Below the pieces are notes generated by a model, which made no database searches, was not told the DNA's origin, and saw only the letters and a program-made list of their open reading frames with translations. Shown one piece after another: positions 9,657 through 19,918 of a DNA stretch of 64,000 nucleotides. Each line of letters opens with the position of its first letter. Position 1 is the stretch's first letter. The translations under genes were made by a program, and so were the position numbers. The stretch is from an uncultured delta proteobacterium. GTDB lineage: Bacteria > Myxococcota_A > Polyangia > Fen-1088. The stretch is taken from contig CAVTRY010000016.1 in NCBI GenBank assembly GCA_963737265.1, positions 32,001 through 96,000 of the forward strand, written 5' to 3'.

Positions 9657-10189
9657 GCCGTCCTTTCCAGGCCGAAGTAAAGAACCAGGATCTCGCGCTT
9701 CTTTGTCTTCAGGTACGCCTGACCGAGGAAGAGCCCGGGGCGAATCTGGCGGACCTCGTCTTTGATCGCGCGAATGAAGAATGGATTGTCGGAGTTGTCG
9801 TAGTCGAGCTGGAAAGCGCCGAACGCGCCGGCGCGAGACGGTCCGATGAAGGTGTCGAAGCGAAACCAACGTGTCCTGTCGTTGAAGACCCGATTGATCC
9901 CGGTGCCGCGCTCGGCAGCGGCCCCTTCGGCGCGGAAGCTCTTTCCGAGCCAGGGAAAAAAGCGGGTGCGCGCCCACAGCTGCGCCCACCAAAAAAACCA
10001 GCGGGGGGCCGCGACCAGCGCCAGCATGCGCCCGCGCAGATCGCCCGAGAGGTCGGCGATTTCCGGCGTGCCACCGCCAACATAGAGGTTCCTCAGTGTC
10101 TCGGCGTCCGCCCGAAGCAGATCGTCGAGGCGCGAGGGCGACACCGCCGTGGTCGCCGAAATTGCCAGCTCGCTCGCAGATATGGCCAT
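9653..10189 (-). CDS. Hypothetical protein resembling the C-terminal accessory domain of some GMC/cholesterol-oxidase-like proteins
   Basis: W.GKSF...GINR and LDYD...NP..IR.I.DE...I.PGL.LG motifs; GGGAGG RBS. Confidence 0.65.
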   Translation of the reverse strand: MAISASELAISATTAVSPSRLDDLLRADAETLRNLYVGGGTPEIADLSGDLRGRMLALVAAPRWFFWWAQLWARTRFFPWLGKSFRAEGAAAERGTGINRVFNDRTRWFRFDTFIGPSRAGAFGAFQLDYDNSDNPFFIRAIKDEVRQIRPGLFLGQAYLKTKKREILVLYFGLERTA

Positions 10190-10511
10190 CGTGACCCTCC
10201 CCTTTGCTCTCGGATAGGCCGGCAGCGGCGATTCGGATCTCTCGAAAACCGTGGTGATCGAGGACGGCAGCTGTGGCAATATCCTAAAGCTGCCCGACGA
10301 ACTCGGATTCGGGATCTGGCCCAGGGCAAACGCCTGCGATGCTCTGACTGCGCGGCGACGGTTTGGATGCGCTCTGCGCCACAAATGAGAGCTTCGCGCC
10401 AGGAATGCGGAGATTTTTGCGTCGACCCCTGAGACTGTCCGCCTGACTCGCGCGCAGAAGAGCGCCCGCGATTTGTCACTCCACCGTTTCTCCCCCCAGG
10501 AGGTGAAGAAG

Positions 10512-11810
10512 ATGATGTCGCGAATCTCGCTCGTTGTATGTGCTCTTGCTCTTGCGGCCGGCGTCGCCGGTACCGCTCGGGCGGAAGACGTCCCGCCGCC
10601 GCCCCCGCCTGCGCACGAAGTCGTGCCGGCCGCGCCGCCGATGGCCGAGCCTGCCGCAGCGCCGATGGCGCCACCGCCAGCCGCGCCAGCCCCGGCCTGG
10701 CCTCCGTCGGTATCGTTCAAGAGCGAGCCCTCGAGCGGCAATACGATCAAGATCGGGCTGCTGGTGCAGCCGCAGTTCCAGTTGCTCGGCAGCAACGAGC
10801 TCGACGGCAATGCGTACAACCTCTATATCCGCCGCACGCGGCTCCTTGTTGCAGGAACGTTGTTCGGCCAGTTCGAGTACTTCTTCGACACCGACTATCC
10901 GAACCTGTTCCTGGCGACGAGCGAAGCGCCCACCGCCGCGGCCGCCGCGACGACCACCAAGGCCACGCCGGGAATGAACATCCAGGACGCCTTCATTACC
11001 TGGAAGCCCATGGGCGACATGATCAAGATCGACGCCGGCTACATGCTGCCGCCGATGGCCCACAACGCCGTCCAGGGAGCGGGGACGCTCTACTCCTGGG
11101 ACTACTTCGCGTTCTCGTTCCTGAGCACCGCCAACACGCTCCTCGGCAGCACGGCCAGCCCGGTCGGACGCGACGCGGGCCTTCAGTTCCGCGGGTTGTG
11201 GCTCGACGGACATATCGACCTCCGCCTCGGCCTGTTCCAGGGCCTGCGCGCCACCGATCAGCCGGGGGCCGCGGGTGACACCGCGACCACCGTCGGCTCG
11301 AACAACTTCTTCCGCGCTACCGGCCGCCTCCAGATCAACCTGCTCGATGCGGAGCCGGGATTCTTCTACGCAGGCACCTACCTCGGGAAGAAGAAGATTC
11401 TCTCCCTCGGCATCACGGGCGACACGCAGAAGAGCTACCACTACTATGGCGGCGACGTCTTCGCCGATCTGCCGCTCGGGCCGGGCATCTTCACGGCGCA
11501 GGTCGACGTGGTGCACATGACCGGTGGGACGTTCGTCCCGGGGCTGGCCAAGCAGACCGCGCTCATGAGCGAGATCGGCTTCAACTTCGCCGGGTTCAAC
11601 ATCTCCCCGATCTTCCGCTTCGAGCAGCTGTGGGGCGGAACCAACGGCGCGACCACCAGCGCGAATCAGACGCGTGCCGGCGGCGGCCTGGCTTTCTGGC
11701 CGTACGGACACAACACCAACCTCAAGGCGTTCTACATGCACGACGCCGTGACCGGAAGCCCGCACGCCGCCAACCAGGTCAACGTGCAGTGGCAGCTCTA
11801 CTTCCTCTAA
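10512..11810 (+). CDS. Outer-membrane porin (OprO/OprP-like)
   Basis: GGAGGTG RBS, signal peptide ARA-E, Pro-rich linker, IRRTRL and GRD.G motifs, C-terminal QWQLYFL. Confidence 0.75.
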   Translation: MMSRISLVVCALALAAGVAGTARAEDVPPPPPPAHEVVPAAPPMAEPAAAPMAPPPAAPAPAWPPSVSFKSEPSSGNTIKIGLLVQPQFQLLGSNELDGNAYNLYIRRTRLLVAGTLFGQFEYFFDTDYPNLFLATSEAPTAAAAATTTKATPGMNIQDAFITWKPMGDMIKIDAGYMLPPMAHNAVQGAGTLYSWDYFAFSFLSTANTLLGSTASPVGRDAGLQFRGLWLDGHIDLRLGLFQGLRATDQPGAAGDTATTVGSNNFFRATGRLQINLLDAEPGFFYAGTYLGKKKILSLGITGDTQKSYHYYGGDVFADLPLGPGIFTAQVDVVHMTGGTFVPGLAKQTALMSEIGFNFAGFNISPIFRFEQLWGGTNGATTSANQTRAGGGLAFWPYGHNTNLKAFYMHDAVTGSPHAANQVNVQWQLYFL

Positions 11811-11828
11811 AGTAGGGGTGGAACACAA

Positions 11829-13457
11829 ATGGGGGTGAGCGCCATGACCACGGGTTCAACGGCAACGACACCGGGGGGGGTGCTGAGCAATGCGGAGGCC
11901 CGGAAGGTCATCTTCGCCTCCTCGCTCGGTACCGTCTTCGAGTGGTACGACTTCTACATCTACGCCACTTTGGCGCCGTTCTTCGCGACGCTCTTCTTCC
12001 CGAAGGGGAACGCGACGGCGGCGCTCATGGCCAGCTTCGCCACCTACGCGGCCGGATTCCTGGTCCGGCCGTTCGGCGCGTTGGTGTTCGGGCGCATCGG
12101 CGATCTCGTCGGGCGGAAGTACACCTTCCTGGTCACCATCATGGTGATGGGCCTGTCGACCGCGGCGGTCGGCATGTTGCCGACCTACGCGAGCGTGGGG
12201 ATGTTGTCGCCCACCATCCTGGTGCTGCTGCGGCTGGCGCAGGGGTTGGCGCTCGGCGGCGAGTACGGCGGGGCCGCGACCTACGTCGCGGAGCACGCGC
12301 CCGACAGCAAGCGGGGTCTGCACACCAGCTGGATCCAAACCACCGCCACGTTGGGATTCTTCGTCTCGCTGGTGGTGATCGGGGGCTGCCGGGCCAATAT
12401 GTCGGAGGACGCCTTCAAGAGTTGGGGCTGGAGAATCCCGTTCCTCCTCTCGCTCGTCCTGCTGGTGATCTCGGTCTACATCCGGCTCAAGCTCAACGAG
12501 TCGCCGGTCTTCTTGGCGATGAAGTCGCAGGGCAAGGGGAGCAAGGCGCCGCTGCGTGAGAGCTTCACCCACTGGCCCAACGCCAAGCTCGTGCTCATCG
12601 CTCTCTTCGGCGCGGCGGCAGGGCAGGGGGTCATCTGGTACACGGGGCAGTTCTATGCGCTCTTCTTCCTGACCGGGACGCTGAAGCTCCCCTGGAAGAC
12701 CGCTTACCTGATCATCGCGGTGGCGCTGGCCCTCGGCACCGGCCTCTTCCTCTTTTTCGGCTGGCTCTCCGACAAGATCGGCCGCAAGAAGATCATGCTC
12801 GCCGGCTGCATTCTCGGCGCGCTGACCTACTTCCCGATCTACCGGCAGATGGTGCACTTCGGCAATCCAGCGCTGGAGGCCTTCAACGGCAACACGAAGA
12901 TCGCGCTCACGGCCAGTAGCTGCCAGATGCACCTCTTCCCCAACCCGAAGACGGTCTACAGCGAGTGCGACAAGGTGCAGGACTTCCTCTCCAAGAAGAG
13001 CCTCTCGTACGAAACGGTCGAGGGGGAGGCGAGCGCCAAGCCGATCACCCACATCAACGACGCCGTCATCGTCGGCTGGGACGAGGCCAAGCTGGGCGCC
13101 GCGCTCAAGGCGGCGGGCGCGCCAGGGGCGCCGAAACCGGAGGACGTGAACGTCCCGGTGTTGATCTTGCTGGTGTTCATCCAGCTCATCTACGTGACGA
13201 TGGTCTACGGTCCAATCGCCGCCTTCCTGGTCGAGCTGTTCCCGGCGCGCATCCGCTACACCTCGATGTCGCTGCCGTACCACATCGGCAACGGCTGGTT
13301 CGGGGGGATGTTGCCGCTGACCGCCGCGGCGCTGGTCGCCGCGAAGGGGAACATCTTCGCGGGTCTCTGGTATCCGGTGATCGTCGCCAGTATCACCGCG
13401 GTGATCGGCCTCATCTTCATCCGCGAGACCCGGGACCACCGCATCGGCACGCTCTAG
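11829..13457 (+). CDS. MFS transporter, MHS metabolite:H+ symporter family
   Basis: ASSLGTVFEWYDF, GDLVGRK, QGLALGGEYGGA and ELFP.RIRYT motifs. Confidence 0.95.
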   Translation: MGVSAMTTGSTATTPGGVLSNAEARKVIFASSLGTVFEWYDFYIYATLAPFFATLFFPKGNATAALMASFATYAAGFLVRPFGALVFGRIGDLVGRKYTFLVTIMVMGLSTAAVGMLPTYASVGMLSPTILVLLRLAQGLALGGEYGGAATYVAEHAPDSKRGLHTSWIQTTATLGFFVSLVVIGGCRANMSEDAFKSWGWRIPFLLSLVLLVISVYIRLKLNESPVFLAMKSQGKGSKAPLRESFTHWPNAKLVLIALFGAAAGQGVIWYTGQFYALFFLTGTLKLPWKTAYLIIAVALALGTGLFLFFGWLSDKIGRKKIMLAGCILGALTYFPIYRQMVHFGNPALEAFNGNTKIALTASSCQMHLFPNPKTVYSECDKVQDFLSKKSLSYETVEGEASAKPITHINDAVIVGWDEAKLGAALKAAGAPGAPKPEDVNVPVLILLVFIQLIYVTMVYGPIAAFLVELFPARIRYTSMSLPYHIGNGWFGGMLPLTAAALVAAKGNIFAGLWYPVIVASITAVIGLIFIRETRDHRIGTL

Positions 13458-13493
13458 CCAGCAGGACAGCCGCCGGGGTGGTAGCCTGGTCTG

Positions 13494-13757
13494 ATGGAGC
13501 CGGACGACGACTCGCCTGAGTTCTTCGAAGACGAGCCGACCCACCTCGACGAGATGCAACCGCTCGGCGCCTCCGAGCGGAAGACCCGTACCTACAAGAG
13601 CGAGGAGTTTCTGGCGGGGCGCGAGGCCGGGCTGAAGGAAGGGATGGACGCGGCCGTCGCGGCGCTTCGCGTGGAGCTGGTTCGGGCCGGCTGCACCGAA
13701 GACGAGATCAAGCACATCGTGGCCCGCGTACGCGCGGGAGCTGGCCCGGCCAAGTAG
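13494..13757 (+). CDS. Hypothetical protein
   Basis: 87-aa ORF with high GC3 codon usage, filling the gap. Confidence 0.55.
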   Translation: MEPDDDSPEFFEDEPTHLDEMQPLGASERKTRTYKSEEFLAGREAGLKEGMDAAVAALRVELVRAGCTEDEIKHIVARVRAGAGPAK

Positions 13758-13842
13758 GGGCCAGCCCCGAAAACCTTCAGCAGCTTCCGCATTCTGCGGT
13801 CGTGGTTAACGTTTCCTGTGAATCACAAAGTCAGGAGACCGC

Positions 13843-14145
13843 ATGAACAGGATTCGCGCAGGGGTGATAGCGACGTTGTTGGGGGTTTGGTGCTTTCCGA
13901 TGGTGAGCTCGGCGAAGGCCTTGTCATCCGAGCCGGAGTCGCCGGCCGCCATGATCGTCAGGGCCGGGACGACAGGCAGGACGACGACAGCAACGCCGGC
14001 GCATGCTTCCGAGGCGGCGAGTCTGGCGACGCGCGAACAGCAGACGCGGAATCTTCAGGACTTCCGAGGCGGCGGGGTGACCATCTACATCGGCAGCGGT
14101 GTTCTGCTCATCGTGCTGATCATCCTTCTCATTCTGCTCATCTGA
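13843..14145 (+). CDS. PA2779-like secreted peptide with Gly-Gly motif and hydrophobic C-terminus
   Basis: AGGAG RBS; signal peptide; LQDFRGG followed by a 23-aa Ile/Leu/Val-rich tail; TGATG overlap with the C39 peptidase. Confidence 0.8.
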   Translation: MNRIRAGVIATLLGVWCFPMVSSAKALSSEPESPAAMIVRAGTTGRTTTATPAHASEAASLATREQQTRNLQDFRGGGVTIYIGSGVLLIVLIILLILLI

Positions 14146-14747
14146 TGACGCATCGGGCGCGCGCGGCCCTCTGGCTGGTTCTGCTCGGGCTGTCGGTCTC
14201 GGGCTGTTATGCGGGAGAGGCGCGCGCCGTCTCGCCGCAAAGGGCGTCGGCCCTGGCCGCCGATCCGGCCTGGACGTTCGTGCCCGACGTTCCGTTCATC
14301 GCGCAGCGCTCCGATTCGGATTGCGGTCCGGCGGCGCTGGCGATGGTGCTGGCCCACTTCGGTGTCCCCGCGTCCCTCGCAGAGGTGGTGGCGGCTGATC
14401 CACCCCGCGACGGGGGCGTGCGCGCCGGAGACCTGCGCGACCTGGCGCGCGCGAAAGGGCTGTCGGCGTTCGTCGTGGCGGGGACCTTTGCCGATCTGTT
14501 CGAACAGCTCGGCCTCGGGCGTCCCGTCTTGGTCGGCCTCGCCAAGCCGATGACGGCAGGACGCGCGATGGCGCACTACGAGGTCGTCGTCGCCATCGAC
14601 CGCCGCGATCACCGATTGTTGACGCTCGATCCGGCCCGGGGGCTGAGCGAAAACAGCCTGGAGGCCTTCGCGCGAGAGTGGGTGCCCACCGGTCAGGTCA
14701 CGCTCATCGTGTTTCGGCCTGGGTCGGCCGACCGTAAAGCTTCCTGA
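14145..14747 (+). CDS. Stand-alone C39-family cysteine peptidase, lipoprotein (PA2778-like)
   Basis: Lipobox VSGC; Q....DCGPAALAMVL, AHYEVV and LDPARG catalytic Cys/His/Asp motifs. Confidence 0.88.
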   Translation: MTHRARAALWLVLLGLSVSGCYAGEARAVSPQRASALAADPAWTFVPDVPFIAQRSDSDCGPAALAMVLAHFGVPASLAEVVAADPPRDGGVRAGDLRDLARAKGLSAFVVAGTFADLFEQLGLGRPVLVGLAKPMTAGRAMAHYEVVVAIDRRDHRLLTLDPARGLSENSLEAFAREWVPTGQVTLIVFRPGSADRKAS

Positions 14748-15009
14748 GCTCGTCCTTGGCACGGACGAGGATCTTCTTCTCGGCGGCCGGCAGGTTCTTG
14801 CCGCCGCGGTTCAGGTAGAAAGTCAGCATCGACATTGCCGACCGAAACGGCGGCGACTTGCGCCGGGTGCTCCGCTCCGCCGAGCGCTTGACCGAACGCG
14901 CGATGGCGCCGGGGCTCTTCTTCTTGAAGACGCCCCGCTCCAAATCCATCGCGTCGCTGGTCTCGGTCACCCTTTGCGACCAGCGGTTGGTCGGCCTGGC
15001 GGCGGCCAT
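14704..15009 (-). CDS. DUF3175 family protein
   Basis: WSQRVTETSDAMDLE.GVF and SAMSMLTFYLNRGGKNL motifs. Confidence 0.85.
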   Translation of the reverse strand: MAAARPTNRWSQRVTETSDAMDLERGVFKKKSPGAIARSVKRSAERSTRRKSPPFRSAMSMLTFYLNRGGKNLPAAEKKILVRAKDELRKLYGRPTQAETR

Positions 15010-15016
15010 CGAAGCG

Positions 15017-15226
15017 TCACCTCTGCGGGTGGCGTCTCTCGGGCGACGGCGACAGCTCGCCCGGTTGGCGCAGGGCATCGTTTGGAAGCGGCCAGCGTCG
15101 GGTATGTGTGCGCTCTTGCCAGTCGAGCCGTCGCGCGGCGCGCCGCGCGTCCTCTTCGGGCGTCTCGATTCGAGGCTCGACCGTCGCCTCTTCGGGAACG
15201 CCGTCGTCGTCCGGTTTCCTAGGCAT
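15017..15226 (-). CDS. Hypothetical small protein
   Basis: Short ORF on the same strand as its neighbours, filling the gap; no motif. Confidence 0.35.
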   Translation of the reverse strand: MPRKPDDDGVPEEATVEPRIETPEEDARRAARRLDWQERTHTRRWPLPNDALRQPGELSPSPERRHPQR

Positions 15227-15264
15227 GTCCAAGAAGGTGGACACTGGAAGCGAATCCGCCAGCC

Positions 15265-15603
15265 CTACGGCCAGCCCGGCTTGCAGACCACCACGACCGT
15301 GTCGTCGACGGTCATCAGGCCCCGCGGCACCATCTGCTCGAGCTCGGGGAGCAGTCGATCGACGCGCTCGGGCGTATCGATCCACTCGATGACCATCGGC
15401 AGCTTCTCGACCAGGTCCCCCAGGTTCACGGTGTGGACCACCCCCGAGCCGCCGAAACCCTCCAGCCCCCTCAGCACGGTCGCGCCAGCGGCGTGCTCCC
15501 GCCGCAGGAGACCCACGACCGCTACGTAGGTCGCCTGGTGCCCGACATGGTCATCCTCGCTGACGTAGATGCGAAGGCGCTTGGCTTTTCGGCCTGGGTG
15601 CAT
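15265..15603 (-). CDS. DUF190 family PII-like protein
   Basis: LRIYVSEDD and AGATVLRGLEGFG...LP.VIE.ID motifs; GGAGGA RBS. Confidence 0.9.
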   Translation of the reverse strand: MHPGRKAKRLRIYVSEDDHVGHQATYVAVVGLLRREHAAGATVLRGLEGFGGSGVVHTVNLGDLVEKLPMVIEWIDTPERVDRLLPELEQMVPRGLMTVDDTVVVVCKPGWP

Positions 15604-15677
15604 CGGGTCCTCCCCCCCATGGAATATGGGTCCGAGCAGGTATTCGGATCGGGCGCCAGCTGCGGTATACGGGGGGC

Positions 15678-16316
15678 ATGTCAGTTGAACGCTCAGTCAT
15701 TCCAGCGGCCGAGGCGCTGGCGCGACTCAAAGAAGGCAACGGCCGCTACGTGAAGAACGTCCGCAGCGTCGACGCGATGCTCAGCCATAGCCGGCGCGAC
15801 GACCAGGCGCCTCAGCAGCCGATCGCCATCGTGCTCGGCTGCTCAGATTCGCGCGCCCCGGCGGAGATCGTGTTCGATCAGGGGCTGGGCGATCTGTTCG
15901 TCATTCGCGTCGCCGGGAACATCGTCGCGCCGTCGCAGATCGGCAGCGTGGAGTTTGCCGCCGAGCGCTTCGGGACCCGGCTGGTGGTGGTCATGGGGCA
16001 CACGCAGTGCGGCGCCATCCACGCCACCATCGAGGCGATCGCCGGCGAGCAGGGCACGGCCTCGCGCAACCTCATGTCGATCGTGAACCGCGTCCGCCCC
16101 GGCATCGAGGGGCTGATGGCGACCGAGCTGGCGCGGGATCCCCTGCGCCTCCATCGCGAGGCGATGCGCGCCAACGTGCGCGCCTCGGTGAACCACCTTC
16201 GCCACGGCTCCGACGTCATCGAGCGGCTGGCCGGCGAGGGGGGCCTGGCGGTGGTCGGCAGCGAGCTGGATCTGTCGACCGGCGAGGTGAACTTCTTCGA
16301 CGACCTGGCCGGCTAG
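15678..16316 (+). CDS. Beta-class carbonic anhydrase
   Basis: GCSDSR, FDQGLGDLFVIRVAGN and GHTQCGA Zn-ligand motifs. Confidence 0.95.
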   Translation: MSVERSVIPAAEALARLKEGNGRYVKNVRSVDAMLSHSRRDDQAPQQPIAIVLGCSDSRAPAEIVFDQGLGDLFVIRVAGNIVAPSQIGSVEFAAERFGTRLVVVMGHTQCGAIHATIEAIAGEQGTASRNLMSIVNRVRPGIEGLMATELARDPLRLHREAMRANVRASVNHLRHGSDVIERLAGEGGLAVVGSELDLSTGEVNFFDDLAG

Positions 16317-16990
16317 GAGCCGCCGCGCTCGTCGCGGCGGTCGCGGTAAGGCTCGTCCATCTCCACGTAGTCCTGTTCGGCGAGCGCCGCGGTCATCCAG
16401 GCGCGCATCGCGGGGAGCGCGTCGACGGCGGCCATGTACTTGCCGACCACCTCGGGGACGGCGACGCCGAAGCCCAGGAATCGCCGGACCACCGGAGCGT
16501 AGTAGGCGTCGGCGGCCGAGAACGCGTCGAACAGGAACGGCCCTCCGGCACCGTATCGCTCGCGGCAGTCGGTCCAGCTGGCGACGATCCGCTGGATGTC
16601 GCGCTTCACCGCGCGCTCGAAGGGCACGTTCTGCAGGCGGAGCTCGCAGTTCATCGGCAGCCGGTCGCGCAGCGCCCCGAAGCCGGCATGCATCTCGGCG
16701 CAGATGGCCCGGGCCCGCGCGCGCGCCCGTGCATCGCGCGGCCAGATCCCGCGCTCGGGGAACTTCTCGGCCAGATATTCGACGATCGCCAGGCTGTCCC
16801 AGACGACGAAGTCTCCATCCACCAACACCGGAACCTGGCCGACCGCCGAGACGGCCCGGACCCGCGCCTTGAAGTCCGGATCGTTGAACGAGAGCTTTTC
16901 TTCCTCGAAGGGAATCTGGAGCTGCGTGAGCAGCAGCCAGGGGCGCATCGACCATGACGAGTAGTTCATGTTCCCGATGAGCAATCTCAT
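16313..16990 (-). CDS. Glutathione S-transferase family protein
   Basis: IGN.NYSSWS.RPWL, GQVPVL.DG...WDSLAI.EYL and AEMHAGF motifs. Confidence 0.93.
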   Translation of the reverse strand: MRLLIGNMNYSSWSMRPWLLLTQLQIPFEEEKLSFNDPDFKARVRAVSAVGQVPVLVDGDFVVWDSLAIVEYLAEKFPERGIWPRDARARARARAICAEMHAGFGALRDRLPMNCELRLQNVPFERAVKRDIQRIVASWTDCRERYGAGGPFLFDAFSAADAYYAPVVRRFLGFGVAVPEVVGKYMAAVDALPAMRAWMTAALAEQDYVEMDEPYRDRRDERGGS

Positions 16991-17042
16991 GTCGCGAAGA
17001 TAGCTCATTGTCGGTCTCGCCGGGCGCCCAGCGGCGACCGGT

Positions 17043-19292
17043 CTAGCTCCCGCCGCGCGCGCCCGTGCTCGCGGCGATGACGCCGTGGAGCTTGTCGATG
17101 CTGGCCGGCTTGGCCAGATGACGATCGAATCCGGCCGCGCGCGCCTTGGCGACGTCCTCGGCCTGCGCATAACCGCTGAGCGCGACCAGGAAGGTGACCC
17201 GCAGCGCTTCGTCGGCGCGGAAGGCCCGGGCCACGGCGTATCCGTCCATGCCGGGAAGTCCGATGTCGCACAGGACCGCGTCGGGCTTGAACGCGCGGGC
17301 CTTCTCCAGGCCACTTCGGCCGCTGCGGGCGATCTCGACGACGTGGTCGTCGACCTGCAGAGCGGCCCGCAGCCCCTCGGCGATCTCGACGTCGTCCTCG
17401 ATCACCAGGACGCGTTTCCTCGCGCCGGCCTCTGCTTCATCGGCAGCGCCGTTGTCGGGGAGGGCGGCCCGCCCGAGCGGCAAGCGGACGACGAACTCGG
17501 CGCCCTGGCCGCGTCCCCCGCTGCTTGCGGTGACGTCGCCTCCATGAAGCTCGACGAGCCCCTTGACCAGCGCCAACCCCAGGCCCAACCCTCCGGCCGT
17601 GCGCTCCAGGCTGCGGTCCCCCTGCATGAAGGGCTGGAAGAGATGGGGGAGCAGGGAAGGCTCGATGCCGGTCCCCGAGTCGGTGACCGTCAGAACGGCC
17701 CAACGGCCTTCGCCCGGACCGACGGAGACCCGCACCGTCCCCCCGGAGGGCGTGAACTTCGCTGCGTTGGTCAGCAGGTTCGTCACCACCTGCGCGATCC
17801 GGGCGCCGTCGGCGTCGACGTAGAGCGGTCGCTCCACCAGAGGCGCGCTGAAGGTGACGCCGCCCCGTTCGAGGTGAGGGCGGTTGTCTTCGAGCGTCTC
17901 GCGCACCAGAGCATTGACGTCGAGTCGCTCCCGGCGGAGTTGAATCTTGTTCTGGGTGATGCGCGTGACGTCGAGCAGGCCATCGACCATCCCGACCAGG
18001 TGACCGATCTGCCGGTCGATGACCTTGGTGGCCCGGGCGGCCGGCTCGTTGCCGGGCGTAAAATGCTCGAGCACATAGAGGTTGGTCCGGATCGCGGCCA
18101 ACGGATTGCGCAGCTCGTGCGAGAGCATGGCAATGAACGCGCTCTTGCGCTCATCGGCCTCGCGCAGCTCGTCGACCAGCCGATGCTGGGCGGTGATGTC
18201 GTGACTCATCGCCAGGATCTGGCGAATCTCTCCGTCCGGATCGCTGAGCGGAACGACCGTCCACTGGCGCACGGACCGTCGCCCATCCGGGAGCGTCACG
18301 GTGAGGTCGTAGGTCTGGCGCTCCCCGGTCGCGACGGCACGCTCGCTGTGAGCGTGAAGCGGGAGCCAGATCGTCGCCGGCCAGACCTCTTCTCCCGGCT
18401 GTCCCAGGATCTCGGCCGCCGTTCGTCCGCACATCGCCGGACAGATCCGCGCCAGCGCCGGGTTGATGTAGACGATGCGGCCGTCGCGGCTGTAGAGGAT
18501 CAGATTGTCCGGCATGTTTTCGACGGTGGTCCGAAACAGCTCCTCGGTCTCCCGCAGCTTGTCCGCCTGGGCGCGCGCGCCGAGGAGGTTGTGGGCGTCC
18601 GTCGATGCGGCGCGCTCGATGGCGTCGGTGCACTGGCGAGCGACCAGATCGAGGAGGTGCAGCTCCTTCTCGCGGGGGCGCCAGGGTTGGCGGTGCTGGG
18701 TCGTCAAAAGGCCAACCAGCTCTCCGTCGGCGGACCGGAGCGGCGTCGACTGAAACGCGCGGATGTCCGCTGTCGGCAACAGCTCCCGGACCGGGTCCGG
18801 CACCTGGTCGACGAGCGTGTCCGCGATGAGGATCCGTTCGCCTCGTGTGAGATGCGCCTCGTGGAGCGCCTGCGCCTCGTGGAGCGCCTGCGCCTCGTGG
18901 AGCGCCTGCGCCTCGTGGAGCGCCTGCGCCTCGTGGAGCGCCTGCGCCTCGTGCAGCGCTTGATCGCTCCGCAGGCTCCCCGGTGCGTCCGCGCGCTCGC
19001 CCCTCCGGTGCGCTGCCACCTTCAGCGCGGCGGGGCTGCCCGCGAGCGTGGCGATGAAACCGATGTCCGCACCGACGATCGCCATCGCCGCATCGATCGC
19101 GTCCGCGAGCAGAGCCGGGAGATTGCCCTCACGAACGAAGCGGCTGGCCATCCCGTGCAGTCGGCGCATGGTATCGAGCTCGACGATCAGACGAGAGTTC
19201 CCCTGCCCATCGCGCCCACCTTGCCCCGAAATCATGCGCGCGCATTTTAGGGCCCGTCCTCGCTGGAGAAGAAGACTTTCCTTACTCTCCAA
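17043..19292 (-). CDS. Hybrid histidine kinase GAF-PAS-HisKA-HATPase-REC
   Basis: [10 protein letters not shown]-box, [17 protein letters not shown]-terminal REC (LCDIGLP...AKP). Start uncertain. Confidence 0.92.
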   Translation of the reverse strand: MESKESLLLQRGRALKCARMISGQGGRDGQGNSRLIVELDTMRRLHGMASRFVREGNLPALLADAIDAAMAIVGADIGFIATLAGSPAALKVAAHRRGERADAPGSLRSDQALHEAQALHEAQALHEAQALHEAQALHEAQALHEAHLTRGERILIADTLVDQVPDPVRELLPTADIRAFQSTPLRSADGELVGLLTTQHRQPWRPREKELHLLDLVARQCTDAIERAASTDAHNLLGARAQADKLRETEELFRTTVENMPDNLILYSRDGRIVYINPALARICPAMCGRTAAEILGQPGEEVWPATIWLPLHAHSERAVATGERQTYDLTVTLPDGRRSVRQWTVVPLSDPDGEIRQILAMSHDITAQHRLVDELREADERKSAFIAMLSHELRNPLAAIRTNLYVLEHFTPGNEPAARATKVIDRQIGHLVGMVDGLLDVTRITQNKIQLRRERLDVNALVRETLEDNRPHLERGGVTFSAPLVERPLYVDADGARIAQVVTNLLTNAAKFTPSGGTVRVSVGPGEGRWAVLTVTDSGTGIEPSLLPHLFQPFMQGDRSLERTAGGLGLGLALVKGLVELHGGDVTASSGGRGQGAEFVVRLPLGRAALPDNGAADEAEAGARKRVLVIEDDVEIAEGLRAALQVDDHVVEIARSGRSGLEKARAFKPDAVLCDIGLPGMDGYAVARAFRADEALRVTFLVALSGYAQAEDVAKARAAGFDRHLAKPASIDKLHGVIAASTGARGGS
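18853..18960. repeat. In-frame 18-bp tandem repeat, 6 copies (QALHEA)
   Basis: tgcgcctcgtggagcgcc five times perfect plus one degenerate copy. Confidence 0.95.
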
Positions 19293-19918
19293 CGATCACA
19301 GCAACGCCCTGCGATATCGAACGTTGGCGCCAGGGGCGGCGGCACGCTCGATGCGCCGCTTCGACAACGGGCCCGTGATCCAGGATCGCTGGTGCGAAAA
19401 CGGAGAGCGGCGCTTGCTGAAGCGGTCGCGGGACACACCTTTGTCGCATGGCGACGAAGGCGGAACGGTACCGGAGCGCGGCCGAACGGTCGGGACCCAA
19501 GCGAACGCCGCGACTAAAAAAAACGCATCCGTCGCGCGGAACACACAACCAGGCGGCGCGGGTTTCGGCACACGCCGGCTTCCAACTGGAAGAAAAAACG
19601 GCGGCGGGGCACCCATCGCGGAAGTCGACCCGCAAGGCGGCCAATCGACAGAAGGCCGGTGTGTCGCTGGGATTGCGGCAGACCGCGCGGCTGGGCTCAC
19701 CCAAGGGCCGCAGCACAAAAAAGCGCTGATCCGCGATCACCGAGATCGCACCTCCGGGGCGCGTCTGGGCTAGGCGGTCCCGGTGACAGCGCGCGCCCGT
19801 GGTCCGAAGCGGGCCCGGTAGGCCAGCGGCGGCGCGCCGGTGTGCCGAACAGCCAGTCCTGCGCCCGACGGATCTCCTCGTCGTCGTGACCGGAGCGCGG
19901 CGGCGTGGCGCCGTAGCC

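Noticed and set aside
10190-10511. Riboswitch in the porin leader (GGGCAAAC at about 10323; inverted repeat GGCAGCT...AGCTGCC at 10266-10294)
   Set aside because: The remaining c-di-GMP-I elements are missing, and a 7-bp stem is unremarkable at this GC content.
19448-19729. 93-aa basic ORF
   Set aside because: No RBS or motif, and atypical codon usage.
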